Below are positions 40,325 through 51,177 of a stretch of DNA of 63,561 nucleotides, in pieces; positions within the stretch are counted from its first letter, which is position 1, and each line of letters begins with the position of its first letter. Origin of the DNA: Guillardia theta CCMP2712 (Eukaryota; Protista; Cryptophyta). The stretch lies in the NCBI RefSeq assembly GCF_000315625.1, contig NW_005434657.1, positions 182,355 to 245,915 on the forward strand, read 5' to 3'. A program made the translations under genes and the position numbers. A model generated the notes under the pieces. It worked only from the letters and a program-made list of their open reading frames with translations. It was not told the DNA's origin and searched no databases.

Positions 40325-41499
40325 ATGTCTGACGTCCTGCATAGCTGGCGCTATCCCCTGCTCCTCTCTTTGTTATCAGCCGCAGCTGCATTTGGTAGGA
40401 TGGGGAGGAATGATAACTTCCACTGAGATGTTACCTAGAAAATTGTTGGAAACTTGCACCATCGCATCGCTTCAGACGTTGCAATGTGCACAAAAGCTTA
40501 CAAGCCGCCATGAAGAGGAACGATGCTCTTTGATTCCCATCTCAACGTTCAGCTCTGGCTTACATCCTGGACAGGGAAACACTGGGAAATACCGTCACGA
40601 TGCAGTCTACCATCAGAGAAGTCAGAGCAAGAGAGATCCTAGACTCAAGTAAGGACTCAGAGTCTCTCCATCCCCAGCACAGGGTCACAAGTTCCTGTCG
40701 GCAGGAGGAAACCCTACGGTCGAAGTTGATCTGCAAACATCCCTAGGGACTTTCAGGTAAGAAACGTTTGCAGCTGACCAGTGGGATATGGCGGGGGTTG
40801 GTAAGGGAACAACCACGGCAGAGCCTCTGTGCCTAGCGGAGCTTCAACGGGGGAGTACGAGGCTGTGGAGTTGAGGGATCAAGATAGAAATCGGTAGAGA
40901 CGATCATGTGCTGGTCGTGCGAGGGACTGATGTGAGCGGTATGAAGGTTTGGAGGGAAAGGTGTTCTGAAGGCTGTGAAGAATGTCAACGAAATCATTCG
41001 ACCGGTAAGGAGTTAAAGAGGACGCGTTGTTGTTGTTGATATATGATGAGATGTGTCATGATCATGATCGTGATCAAGGCGCACCTGCGTTCCTCTTGAC
41101 CATTTTTCATCACAGGCTCTCGTTGGGGAGCAAGGCTCTTGTCAGATTCTCATCGATGACAAACTCATGTGACTCCTCCTCCTCCTCCTCCTCCTCCTCC
41201 TCCTCCTCCTCCTCCTCCTCCTGCTGCTGCTGCTGCTGCTGCTCCTCCTCCTCTTGCTCCTCCTGCTCCTCCTGCTCCTCCTCCTCCTCCTCCTCCTCCT
41301 CCTCCTCCTCCTCCTCCTCCTCTTGTTCTCGATGCTTCTACCACTGTTCCTTGCCCTCAAGCATTTTCTTCTTTCACTTCCCCTTTGTCCCACTATCTTT
41401 GAGAATCTGATTCCATCGGGAAGAGCTTTGGATGGAACGCAACAAAAAGAGACTTTAGGAGCCAATGCAATCTTAGCGGCCTCTCTTGCTGCCTGCAAG
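40325..41499 (+). pseudogene. ENO: Enolase 5' fragment, copy 1 (truncated in an intron)
   Basis: [13 protein letters not shown]|[10 protein letters not shown]|[19 protein letters not shown]|[15 protein letters not shown]|[24 protein letters not shown], then unrelated DNA. Confidence 0.9.
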
Positions 41500-41553
41500 G
41501 TGTGCACCACCCTCAAACTCACCTATCGGATTCCACAACCACAGCACTGTTCG

Positions 41554-43052
41554 GAATCTATTTGCTTTGCTATTTACCAGATGAACTGTCCCTGTTTCCA
41601 GGCAGATCACAATACAAGCGTTTCATGCAGGTTCTTTCAAAAATAATGATGCCACCGAATCAATCAGCAGCCCCGAGTCCCTCTGACACTGACGAGACCG
41701 CGGAAAGGCATGATGATCATAATGGTATGGATGCAGTGCAGACTGCAGTCACTGCCCATCTGCGTTCACTCGGTTTACAACCAGAGGATCTTGGAAGTCA
41801 CTCTATTAGGAAGGGGGCAGCAACTTATTGTTCATCCGGGAGTACTCACTGTCCATCGAGCAGTGCTGTGTCTGAGCGAGCAGGATGGTCCAATGGAGCA
41901 GTTTTCAACACGTATCTACGATATGAAGCAGCAGGTGATGCATTTGTTGGACGCACTATAACAGGGCCTCCCATCGACTCATCAGAGTTTGCGATTCTTC
42001 CGCCGCATTTCAAAGAAGCTGACTCGTCAGGGATGGTTACAAGTGCGATTGAGATGCTGTTCCCAACATTACCAATGTGCATGTATGGAGTTGCGGAGTT
42101 TGCACTCGCATCCGTGTTATACCATGCAGACTTCCTGAGAACGAATTTGCAGAGGAATCGTCCTCTTTGGAAGTCAACCTTGTTTCAGGACGAAGCTATG
42201 CTGAATACTTTGAAATCAAAGGTTGTTTGCTGCATGCCAAAGGAAGCAAGGGGCAGAATGGAAGCGACAGGCATTCCTCCACACGTTCATCAATATGTCC
42301 ACAATGACAAGGTTATTGCGTCCCTAGAAAAAATACAAAGAGAAGTTCTGGAGTTCAAGCAATCTAGCCGGGGCAACCAGGCATTGGCAGAAGGAGTTTC
42401 GGAGAGGCGACAAGTTGGTTTCGTACCAAATGAGTCTGGACAATCAGCAAAGGATTTCTTTCGCCAAGGCTTGCTAGAGAATCGAGATGAGTTCAAAGCT
42501 ATCATACGGGAGGTGATTATGGAGACGGGAGGGGAAGCAAGTGGATCACAGAGAGATGTTCAGCAAAGGGGCCCCCAGGCTTCGGGTCATAGTGTTGTTG
42601 AGTCTGGTCGCAGGAGTGAGGAGCTGGAAACCCCATTGTCGGCATGGAATTTGTGGTTCTGTGGAAACGAGAAAAAACAAATCCCCCCTTTGAGAAATGT
42701 TTCTGCGGGGGAGTTGAAGCCTGGACAAAGCAATACAAAGCGACGTTCAGACGTGAAGTTTCTCGTGAAATGTTTTGAGCAGCATATGAACAACGTGCTA
42801 GCTGACAAGGATACAGACGAGAGGGATACAGAACTAAGGAGGTTTGAAGAGTTGAAAAGAGCAACCGGAGTCAGGCGCATGCTCAGGGAATCGCAGGAGA
42901 TTTTTGTCAAGTATGAGTCGTCTTTCTACAGTTGGATCAATGTAGACTCGGGCTACACTTTCCGCAGAGGGCAATTGAAATGGAATACATTCGTGAAGAA
43001 GTTAAGGAAAAAATTCAAGAAGAACTCAGGCTCATCTGCATCAAGTCGTTGA
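41554..43052 (+). mobile_element. 5'-truncated Crypton-type tyrosine-recombinase element, copy 1 (block B extends to ~43431)
   Basis: EDLGSHSIRKGAATYCSSGST.CPS..AV..RAGWS.GAV.NTYLRYEAAGD.FVGRT.TG.P....FAILPPHF (H-x-x-R, W, Y of YR; CryptonS-like); later ATGIPPHV and AWNLWFCGN..IPPLR. Confidence 0.88.
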
Positions 43053-43571
43053 GAATAGTCAGGATGATGTTTTCTTTGAACATGGAATAAAAGTACTTGA
43101 ATACGCTGAACGATTGTCGATATTCAGCCATGATCATGGAAGTCAGTGCATTGTTTCCAGAATAACTTTTTGAATTGCTTCGATCAAACGTCCCATGCCA
43201 TGATCAGATGACTACAAGGTTCAGAACTAGCCTACGTCGTAGAGGTTTTCTTCCCTCAAGCCAGGTTCAATGCTGTTTGTTACTCTCATATTGCTTAATT
43301 AGAGAATACAAGGACAGACAATCGATGAAGGACATGATTTCCCTATGTTATGCATTATTTGGTTAGTCAGGAACAAACAGCATACTGAGAACAAGTGCGA
43401 TCTATCTTCCTTCCATCGCCACCGGCATGAATTTTCGCTCAGTCCAATTTATAGTTCAAACTATAAACCTGACAGAAAACAAATGTTTAGTACATTGAAT
43501 CCTACCTAGATCCCATAGCTCGAGCTATATAATTCTCAACAAATTATCTTGTTGCTGCCACTGCCGCTACT

Positions 43572-45677
43572 ATGGCCAAGAGAGTTCGAGAGCTGGAGGA
43601 GGAGGAGACGAGTTCAGCTGTAGAGCAAGAGGCTAGGGGGGTACAAACAAAAGTCATCCAAACAGACCAAGCCATCACTGCTGCAGAGCAAGAGATCAAG
43701 GGAGTAGAGGAAAAGATCAAGGGAGTAGAGGAAAAGATCAAGGGAGTCGAGGACGAGATCAAGGGAGTAGTGGAAAAGATCAATGGAGTCGAGGACGAGA
43801 TCAAGGGAGTAGTGGACGAGATCAAGGGAGTAGACCAAACCATGGCTGCTGTAGAGCAAGAGATCAGCCAGGCACAAGACCCCAATATGAAGCCTGTCTT
43901 GATCATGAAGCAAACGAAGCTTGAAGGTGAAAAGCAACAGCTTGCGGCCAGAGAGAAACGGCTTCGAGGTGACAAGAGACAGCTTGCGGCCAGAGAGAAA
44001 CGACTTGGAGTTAGAGAGAGACAGCTTAGAGTTAAAGAGAGACAGCTTCGAGATGAAGAGGCAAGGCTTCAAGATAAAGAGGCAAAGCTTCGAGAGGAAA
44101 TGAAGGAAAAGAAGCAGGCAGCCTTTACCTGGACAGAGTCAGAAGCTCGGCTTGACGGTATGGGGTTTTGCAAGGAGGAGAAATACTTCCGTCTAGATTG
44201 CTCTTACTTATGGGGCACAAATGTAAACAGCGGAGAGCATCTTCTTCTCTACTGCCGAAAAGCATTCCTGGAGCAGTTCCGTTTCCTGCAAGAGCAAGTG
44301 CTAGAGCATGGTGCTCTTGGATGGATACAAGGCTCTCCAGGAACAGGGAAGACAACAACAACGCTTTCGTTTTGTATGAAGCTGGATAGGAATGAGTGGA
44401 GCTTCAAATGCATCAGGCTGAAGGCCAGAAGCAACACCTGTGTCGTGGAGGTGACAGGCAACAAGAGAAGAACATGCTCTGTCGCAAAGGAGTCTGAGGG
44501 GAAGCAGATGACACTGTTGCTTGAAGGGTTGTCAGACGGCAAAAAGAGCCTCCTGGTGCTCGATGGCTACTTGACACACCAAGAATCTCACACGAGAGCT
44601 TTGGTAGCATGTATAGGATGGCGGGATGCTGACAGGCAGAATCGACGTCTTGTGGTGGTGACGTCAATGGCTTCTCGAGGAAAGGTCTACGATGAAGAGG
44701 ATCGAGAGATGAGGCTGAAGGTTCACATAGTGCCATCATGGAGGATCGATGAATATCTAGAGGCAGTGCAGTTTGACGAGTTTTACAACAAGGTGGGAGC
44801 CACCTTGGAGATGAATGTGACAGGAGAGGCTTTGGGTTTCAAGATGACTACAGGGCCGAGATCGAAAGAAGAGCGAGTGAGACATAAGCACTACCTCGCA
44901 GGTGGGTCATGTCGGTACATGTTCGACATGACTGCGGCGGATGTCCTTCGGTCCTTGGATCTTGCGCTTCAAAGTGCTCCAAACTTACAAGATCTTTTTC
45001 GGGGCCATGTAGGCGCTTCCTCGGGGGATATGACGAACAGGCTGATTGCTACTATGGTAACTCAGGAGAAGGTGGTCTGGTTTCCTGTGAGCAAGTACGT
45101 AGCCAGCAATCTTGCGGCGTCCGTGGGTGCGGTTGACATACTGAGAAGAATGCTGACGGCCTTTAGGGGCCCGCGAGCCATGCATGGGTATCTTTTGGAG
45201 ATGCTCTTTTTCGAGGAAGTGAGAAGAGACCTGAGCATCACTTACCGTGGATCAAGCGAGCCTGAAGTTTTGAAAGCATGCAATCTCGTTGTAATCTTCG
45301 ATCCGTCACAAGACACGGACTCTCTTCCCCACACGAGGGTGTGTCTCAAGCCAATCAGTGAATTTCAAGGTGGCTGGGACGCAATCATTGTAGATCAGGA
45401 TGACAAGGTCGTGCAGTTTTTTCAGCTGACGGTTGCAAAGGATCACTCTCTCAAGCTCTCGTATTTCTTGACTGCTCTTGAGGCTCTGGGGGTTCCTGCA
45501 GGTGGGACATGGACGATAAGGATCGTTTTTGTCGTCCTGCCGGAGGATGGAATGTTGTTCCGAATAGCCTCTGTCAAGGATGAAGGAGCGCTAGAGCAGT
45601 ACATGTGGAAGAAAGGGGAGGAGAGGTCGATGGTCCAGGTGGCGAGTATTGATTTCAATCGAGGGTTCGTTGGTTAG
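43572..45677 (+). CDS. Crinkler/RHS-type protein copy 2 (701 aa)
   Basis: Same motifs as copy 1, with more heptads in the header. Confidence 0.85.
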   Translation: MAKRVRELEEEETSSAVEQEARGVQTKVIQTDQAITAAEQEIKGVEEKIKGVEEKIKGVEDEIKGVVEKINGVEDEIKGVVDEIKGVDQTMAAVEQEISQAQDPNMKPVLIMKQTKLEGEKQQLAAREKRLRGDKRQLAAREKRLGVRERQLRVKERQLRDEEARLQDKEAKLREEMKEKKQAAFTWTESEARLDGMGFCKEEKYFRLDCSYLWGTNVNSGEHLLLYCRKAFLEQFRFLQEQVLEHGALGWIQGSPGTGKTTTTLSFCMKLDRNEWSFKCIRLKARSNTCVVEVTGNKRRTCSVAKESEGKQMTLLLEGLSDGKKSLLVLDGYLTHQESHTRALVACIGWRDADRQNRRLVVVTSMASRGKVYDEEDREMRLKVHIVPSWRIDEYLEAVQFDEFYNKVGATLEMNVTGEALGFKMTTGPRSKEERVRHKHYLAGGSCRYMFDMTAADVLRSLDLALQSAPNLQDLFRGHVGASSGDMTNRLIATMVTQEKVVWFPVSKYVASNLAASVGAVDILRRMLTAFRGPRAMHGYLLEMLFFEEVRRDLSITYRGSSEPEVLKACNLVVIFDPSQDTDSLPHTRVCLKPISEFQGGWDAIIVDQDDKVVQFFQLTVAKDHSLKLSYFLTALEALGVPAGGTWTIRIVFVVLPEDGMLFRIASVKDEGALEQYMWKKGEERSMVQVASIDFNRGFVG

Positions 45678-46416
45678 TGAAGGGTGGCGAATGAAGATGC
45701 CAGGAACTGCTCAGATGGCTGAAGATGTGAAGGAAGTAGACCACTCATAGCATGCGCTGAGGCTGAGCCGTCATGCACGTACAAGGGGGGGTGTGGATAA
45801 TTTTACTCACAAAACTAATATACAATCCATATTCACCCATGAATCATATGTTTGGGTAGTACAGGTCATCACTGAAAACCATAACTTGACAGTAAAATGC
45901 GATCGCATCACCAGCCTCGCCTCTGCTCTTCCTCTGGGTGATGGAGGCAGTGCAGGCGCGGCTGGGGCCTCTGAGTCTTCCGAAGGAGGGGCTGCAGGGG
46001 GCTCTGAGTCTTCCGAAGGAGGGGCTGCAGGGGGAACTGACTCCAAGGCTGACTCGCTGACTCGGGTGGGTAGAGATCTACTGCGTAGCTGCAGTGAGCC
46101 CGGGAAGAGCTTCCTGAGCCGGGGATAACTGCGCCCTGGTCAAGGGAAACTCTGCATGAACCGCCCTATGACTGAAGGCTTGGGGGGGATACAGGGAGGT
46201 CCGCCCGCGAGTTGAAAGAGAGCAGGCGATACGATCTCGCTGCTCAGACGTGCGCTATCAGCTCGCCGAGGTCCATATACTCCACGATCAACCCGGGCCT
46301 GATGCACCCGCAGCAAGGAAGCTGGTAGGGGAGGAAGGACCAGATCCGGCTCGTCCGCTTGACGGAGGGTCAGAGGAGGGTCGAGAATGTCCAGGTCTGC
46401 ACACAGATCTTCAGTG

Positions 46417-46769
46417 GGGTCGATCGGCTCCTGAGCATGCATCCCGTACTCTCCCGAGGGGTCGAGCGGCTCCGGAGCATGCATCCCGTGCTCTCAGCAC
46501 GCCTCCGCTCCCTCCAGCAGCACTCTGAAGACAAACTGCACCTGCAACGCCGGGTATACGGGGCCGGACGGAGGGAGCTGTACGGCATGCGCGGCAGGCA
46601 AGTACAAGAGCTCGAGCGGGCCAGCAGCCTGCAGCTCGTGCGACGCGATCATTGCTCACATGACTTCTCCCGTGGGGTCGACTAGCTCAGAAAACTGTAT
46701 CTGCGGTGCTGGGTTTGAATATGTACGCGCACAGAAGGCAGTATGCGACCTCTCCTCCTCGTCGTCCGT
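46417..46769 (+). pseudogene. GCC2/GCC3 Cys-rich fragment, copy 2
   Basis: Matches 39108-39460. Confidence 0.75.
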
Positions 46770-47633
46770 GGTCACCTAAAGCCCGATGAGCTTCTGGGTT
46801 CACGTCATGCATACCGACTTCTCAAGCTCCTACGCCTACTTCCAAGTCGATGTGGAGCTCAGTGCAATCATGTACGTACCCTGGATGATCTCGATTGTGT
46901 GCGAAGGAAGTTTCATGTTGGCCAAACGGTGAAAGATGAACCGGGAAGTGAAATCACTGAATAAATCACCGCTGCTCCTTTTTCAATCACAAATTTTGAA
47001 AACTTGACTAAATTGTTCTTCTTCACTCAACGACTGCAATGTCTGCCAAGTCCTGGTCGTAGATATCTACCAATCCCCGGACTTTCGGAACACCGTTCAA
47101 GAAATTTGACTCTTCTTTCATCATTTGTCTTATCAAGTTGAAAGGAAGCTGCTTGTCACCTTTGAAATAAAATCACTCAAACAGCAGTCTGTTCATAGCC
47201 TTCATCTCGCTCTCTCTGACTCACAGAGCAGACGCTCTTGTTGGCGGCACTGCACCAGCATTTGCGATCAAGCAATGCTCGCTCCTGACAAGGCACTCGT
47301 CTCACTGAGAACTCAAAGTTAGGCTGAGCAGCCGGTCTTCTACAGGCCCGGGGTCACGGAGGTTCGGTGGCACCGGGCCGAATTGACTGAGTGAAATCGA
47401 CAGATGAAGATCTCTTGGGAATGCTTGCAATGTGAGAACAGTGGTGAGGGGATGCGGCAGGGATGCGAGAGATGCGGGAGAGGGAGAGATGGACGAGGGA
47501 GGATGGGACCGTGGGAGTGACAGAGGGAGGGAGGCAGACGAGATTCATATGGGGTCATGGTGAAGTATTCAACCATTTCATCTTTGGACCACTATCCAAC
47601 CATCTATGTCTCACCAGAACTGATGCTGCCTCA

Positions 47634-48751
47634 ATGTCTGACGTCCTGCATAGCTGGCGATATCCCCTGCTCCTCTCTTTGTTATCAGCCGCAGCTGCAT
47701 TTGGTAGGATGGGGAGGAATGATAACTTCCACTGAGATGTTACCTAGAAAATTGTTGGAAACTTGCACCATCGCATCGCTTCAGACGTTGCAATGTGCAC
47801 AAAAGCTTACAAGCCGCCATGAAGAGGAACGATGCTCTTTGATTCCCATCTCAACGTTCAGCTCTGGCTTACATCCTGGACAGGGAAACACTGGGAAATA
47901 CCGTCACGATGCAGTCTACCATCAGAGAAGTCAGAGCAAGAGAGATCCTAGACTCAAGTAAGGACTCAGAGTCTCTCCATCCCCAGCACAGGGTCACAAG
48001 TTCCTGTCGGCAGGAGGAAACCCTACGGTCGAAGTTGATCTGCAAACATCCCTAGGGACTTTCAGGTAAGAAACGTTTGCAGCTGACCTGTGGGATATGG
48101 CGGGGGGTGGTAAGGGAACAACCACGGCAGAGCCTCTGTGCCTAGCGGAGCTTCAACGGGGGAGTACGAGGCTGTGGAGTTGAGGGATCAAGATAGAAAT
48201 CGGTAGAGACGATCAGGTGCTGGTCGTGCGAGGGACTGATGTGAGCGGTATGAAGGTTTGGAGGGAAAGGTGTTCTGAAGGCTGTGAAGAATGTCAACGA
48301 AATCATTCGACCTGTAAGGAGTTAAAGAGGATGCGTTGTTGTTGTTGATATATGATGAGATGTGTCATGATCATGATCGTGATCGAGGCGCAACTGCGTT
48401 CCTCTTGACCATTTTTCATCACAGGCTCTCGTTGGGGAACAATGCTCTTGTCAGATTCTCATCGATAACAAACTCATGTGACTCCTCCTCCTCCTCCTCC
48501 TCCTCCTCCTCCTCCTCCTCCTCCTCCTCCTCCTGCTCCTCGTCCTCGTCCTCCTCCTCCTCCTCCTCCTCCTCTTGTTCTCGATGCTTCTACCACTGTT
48601 CCTTGCCCTCAAGCATTTTCTTCTTTCACTTCCCCTTTCTCCCACTATCTTTGAGAATCTGATTCCATCGGGAAGAGCTTTGGATGGAACGCAACAAAAA
48701 GAGACTTTAGGAGCCAATGCAATCTTAGCGGCCTCTCTTGCTGCCTGCAAG
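47634..48751 (+). pseudogene. ENO: Enolase 5' fragment, copy 2
   Basis: As copy 1. Confidence 0.9.
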
Positions 48752-48805
48752 GTGTGCACCACCCTCAAACTCACCTATCGGATTCCACAACCACAGCACT
48801 GTTCG

Positions 48806-50658
48806 GAATCTATTTGCTTTGCTATTTACCAGATGAACTGTCCCTGTTTCCAGGCAGATCACAATACAAGCGTTTCATGCAGGTTCTTTCAAAAATAATG
48901 ATGCCACCGAATCAATCAGCAGCCCCGAGTCCCTCTGACACTGACGAGACCGCGGAAAGGCATGATGATCATAATGGTATGGATGCAGTGCAGACTGCAG
49001 TCACTGCCCATCTGCGTTCACTCGGTTTACAACCAGAGGATCTTGGAAGTCACTCTATTAGGAAGGGGGCAGCAACTTATTGTTCATCCGGGAGTACTCA
49101 CTGTCCATCGAGCAGTGCTGTGTCTGAGCGAGCAGGATGGTCCAATGGAGCAGTTTTCAACACGTATCTACGATATGAAGCAGCAGGTGATGCATTTGTT
49201 GGACGCACTATAACAGGGCCTCCCATCGACTCATCAGAGTTTGCGATTCTTCCGCCGCATTTCAAAGAAGCTGACTCGTCAGGGATGGTTACAAGTGCGA
49301 TTGAGATGCTGTTCCCAACATTACCAATGTGCATGTATGGAGTTGCGGAGTTTGCACTCGCATCCGTGTTATACCATGCAGACTTCCTGAGAACGAATTT
49401 GCAGAGGAATCGTCCTCTTTGGAAGTCAACCTTGTTTCAGGACGAAGCTATGCTGAATACTTTGAAATCAAAGGTTGTTTGCTGCATGCCAAAGGAAGCA
49501 AGGGGCAGAATGGAAGCGACAGGCATTCCTCCACACGTTCATCAATATGTCCACCATGACAAGGTTATTGCGTCCCTAGAAAAAATACAAAGAGAAGTTC
49601 TGGAGTTCAAGCAATCTAGCCGGGGCAACCAGGCATTGGCAGAAGGAGTTTCGGAGAGGCGACAAGTTGGTTTCGTACCAAATGAGTCTGGACAATCAGC
49701 AAAGGATTTCTTTCGCCAAGGCTTGCTAGAGAATCGAGATGAGTTCAAAGCTATCATACGGGAGGTGATTATGGAGACGGGAGGGGAAGCAAGTGGATCA
49801 CAGAGAGATGTTCAGCAAAGGGGCCCCCAGGCTTCAGGTCATAGTGTTGTTGAGACTGGTCGCAGGAGTGAGGAGCGCACCGTAATATCGCAGGAGTGAG
49901 GAGCGCACCGTAATAATGCTCCCACCGTCACAAATTGGAAGGAAGCCATGAGAGTTCTTCATTATCTCAATCAGACAAAAACCATGGGAATAACTTTTAA
50001 ACGGAATGGAAGTCTAAACTCACCATACCCTGGACTAATTGCATATAGCGATAGCGACTTTGGAGGAGACTCCTCAGATCGTCGCTCAACCATTGGCATC
50101 CTTCTGCAATACAATGGCGCTCCGGCAGACACTGTTGGAGGAAACGAGAGCAGAGACCCGGGTGGTTCTATTGATGAAGCAGCTGGGGAAAGCGCGTCGG
50201 CTCTGGAAGAAGTACTTTTGACAGAAGAGCTGGAAACCCCATTGTCGGCATGGAATTTGTGGTTCTGTGGAAACGAGAAAAAACAAATCCCCCCTTTGAG
50301 AAATGTTTCTGCAGGGGAGTTGAAGCCTGGACAAAGCAATACAAAGCGACGTTCAGACGTGAAGTTTCTCGTGAAATGTTTTGAGCAGCATATGAACAAC
50401 GTGCTAGCTGACAAGGATACAGACGAGAGGGATACAGAACTAAGGAGGTTTGAAGAGTTGAAAAGAGGAACCGGAGTCAGGCGCATGCTCAGGGAATCGC
50501 AGGAGATTTTTGTCAAGTATGAGTCGTCTTTCTACAGTTGGATCAATGTAGACTCGGGCTACAGTTTCCGCAGAGGGCAATTGAAATGGAATACATTCGT
50601 GAAGAAGTTAAGGAAAAAATTCAAGAAGAACTCAGGCTCATCTGCATCAAGTCGTTGA
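48806..50658 (+). mobile_element. Crypton-type YR fragment, copy 2, interrupted by a 354-bp insertion (block B' extends to ~51037)
   Basis: Matches copy 1 except for the insertion after ..GRRSEE. Confidence 0.88.
49877..50230 (+). mobile_element. Ty1/copia RT-RNase H junction fragment inserted in Crypton copy 2
   Basis: NAPTVTNWKEAMRVLHYLNQTKTMGITF...LIAYSDSDFGGDSSDRRSTIGILLQYNGAP; no LTRs. Confidence 0.85.
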
Positions 50659-51177
50659 GAATAGTCAGGATGATGTTTTCTTTGAACATGGAATAAAAGT
50701 ACTTGAATACGCTGAACGATTGTCGATATTCAGCCATGATCATGGAAGTCAGTGCATTGTTTCCAGAATAACTTTTTGAATTGCTTCGATCAAACGTCCC
50801 ATGCCATGATCAGATGACTACAAGGTTCAGAACTAGCCTACGTCGTAGAGGTTTTCTTCCCTCAAGCCAGGTTCAATGCTGTTTGTTACTCTCATATTGC
50901 TTAATTAGAGAATACAAGGACAGACAATCGATGAAGGACATGATTTCCCTATGTTATGCATTATTTGGTTAGTCAGGAACAAACAGCATACTGAGAACAA
51001 GTGCGATCTATCTTCCTTCCATCGCCACCGGCATGAATTTTCGCTCAGTCCAATTTATAGTTCAAACTATAAACCTGACAGAAAACAAATGTTTAGTACA
51101 TTGAATCCTACCTAGATCCCATAGCTCGAGCTATATAATTCTCAACAAATTATCTTGTTGCTGCCACTGCCGCTACT

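Noticed and set aside
41554-43431. Autonomous intact Crypton
   Set aside because: The N-terminal part, including the first catalytic Arg region, is missing; the ORF start lies in enolase intron DNA; no clear terminal repeats were found
49877-50230. Genuine LTR retrotransposon insertion
   Set aside because: No LTRs, TG..CA ends or 5-bp TSD; only an internal fragment is present
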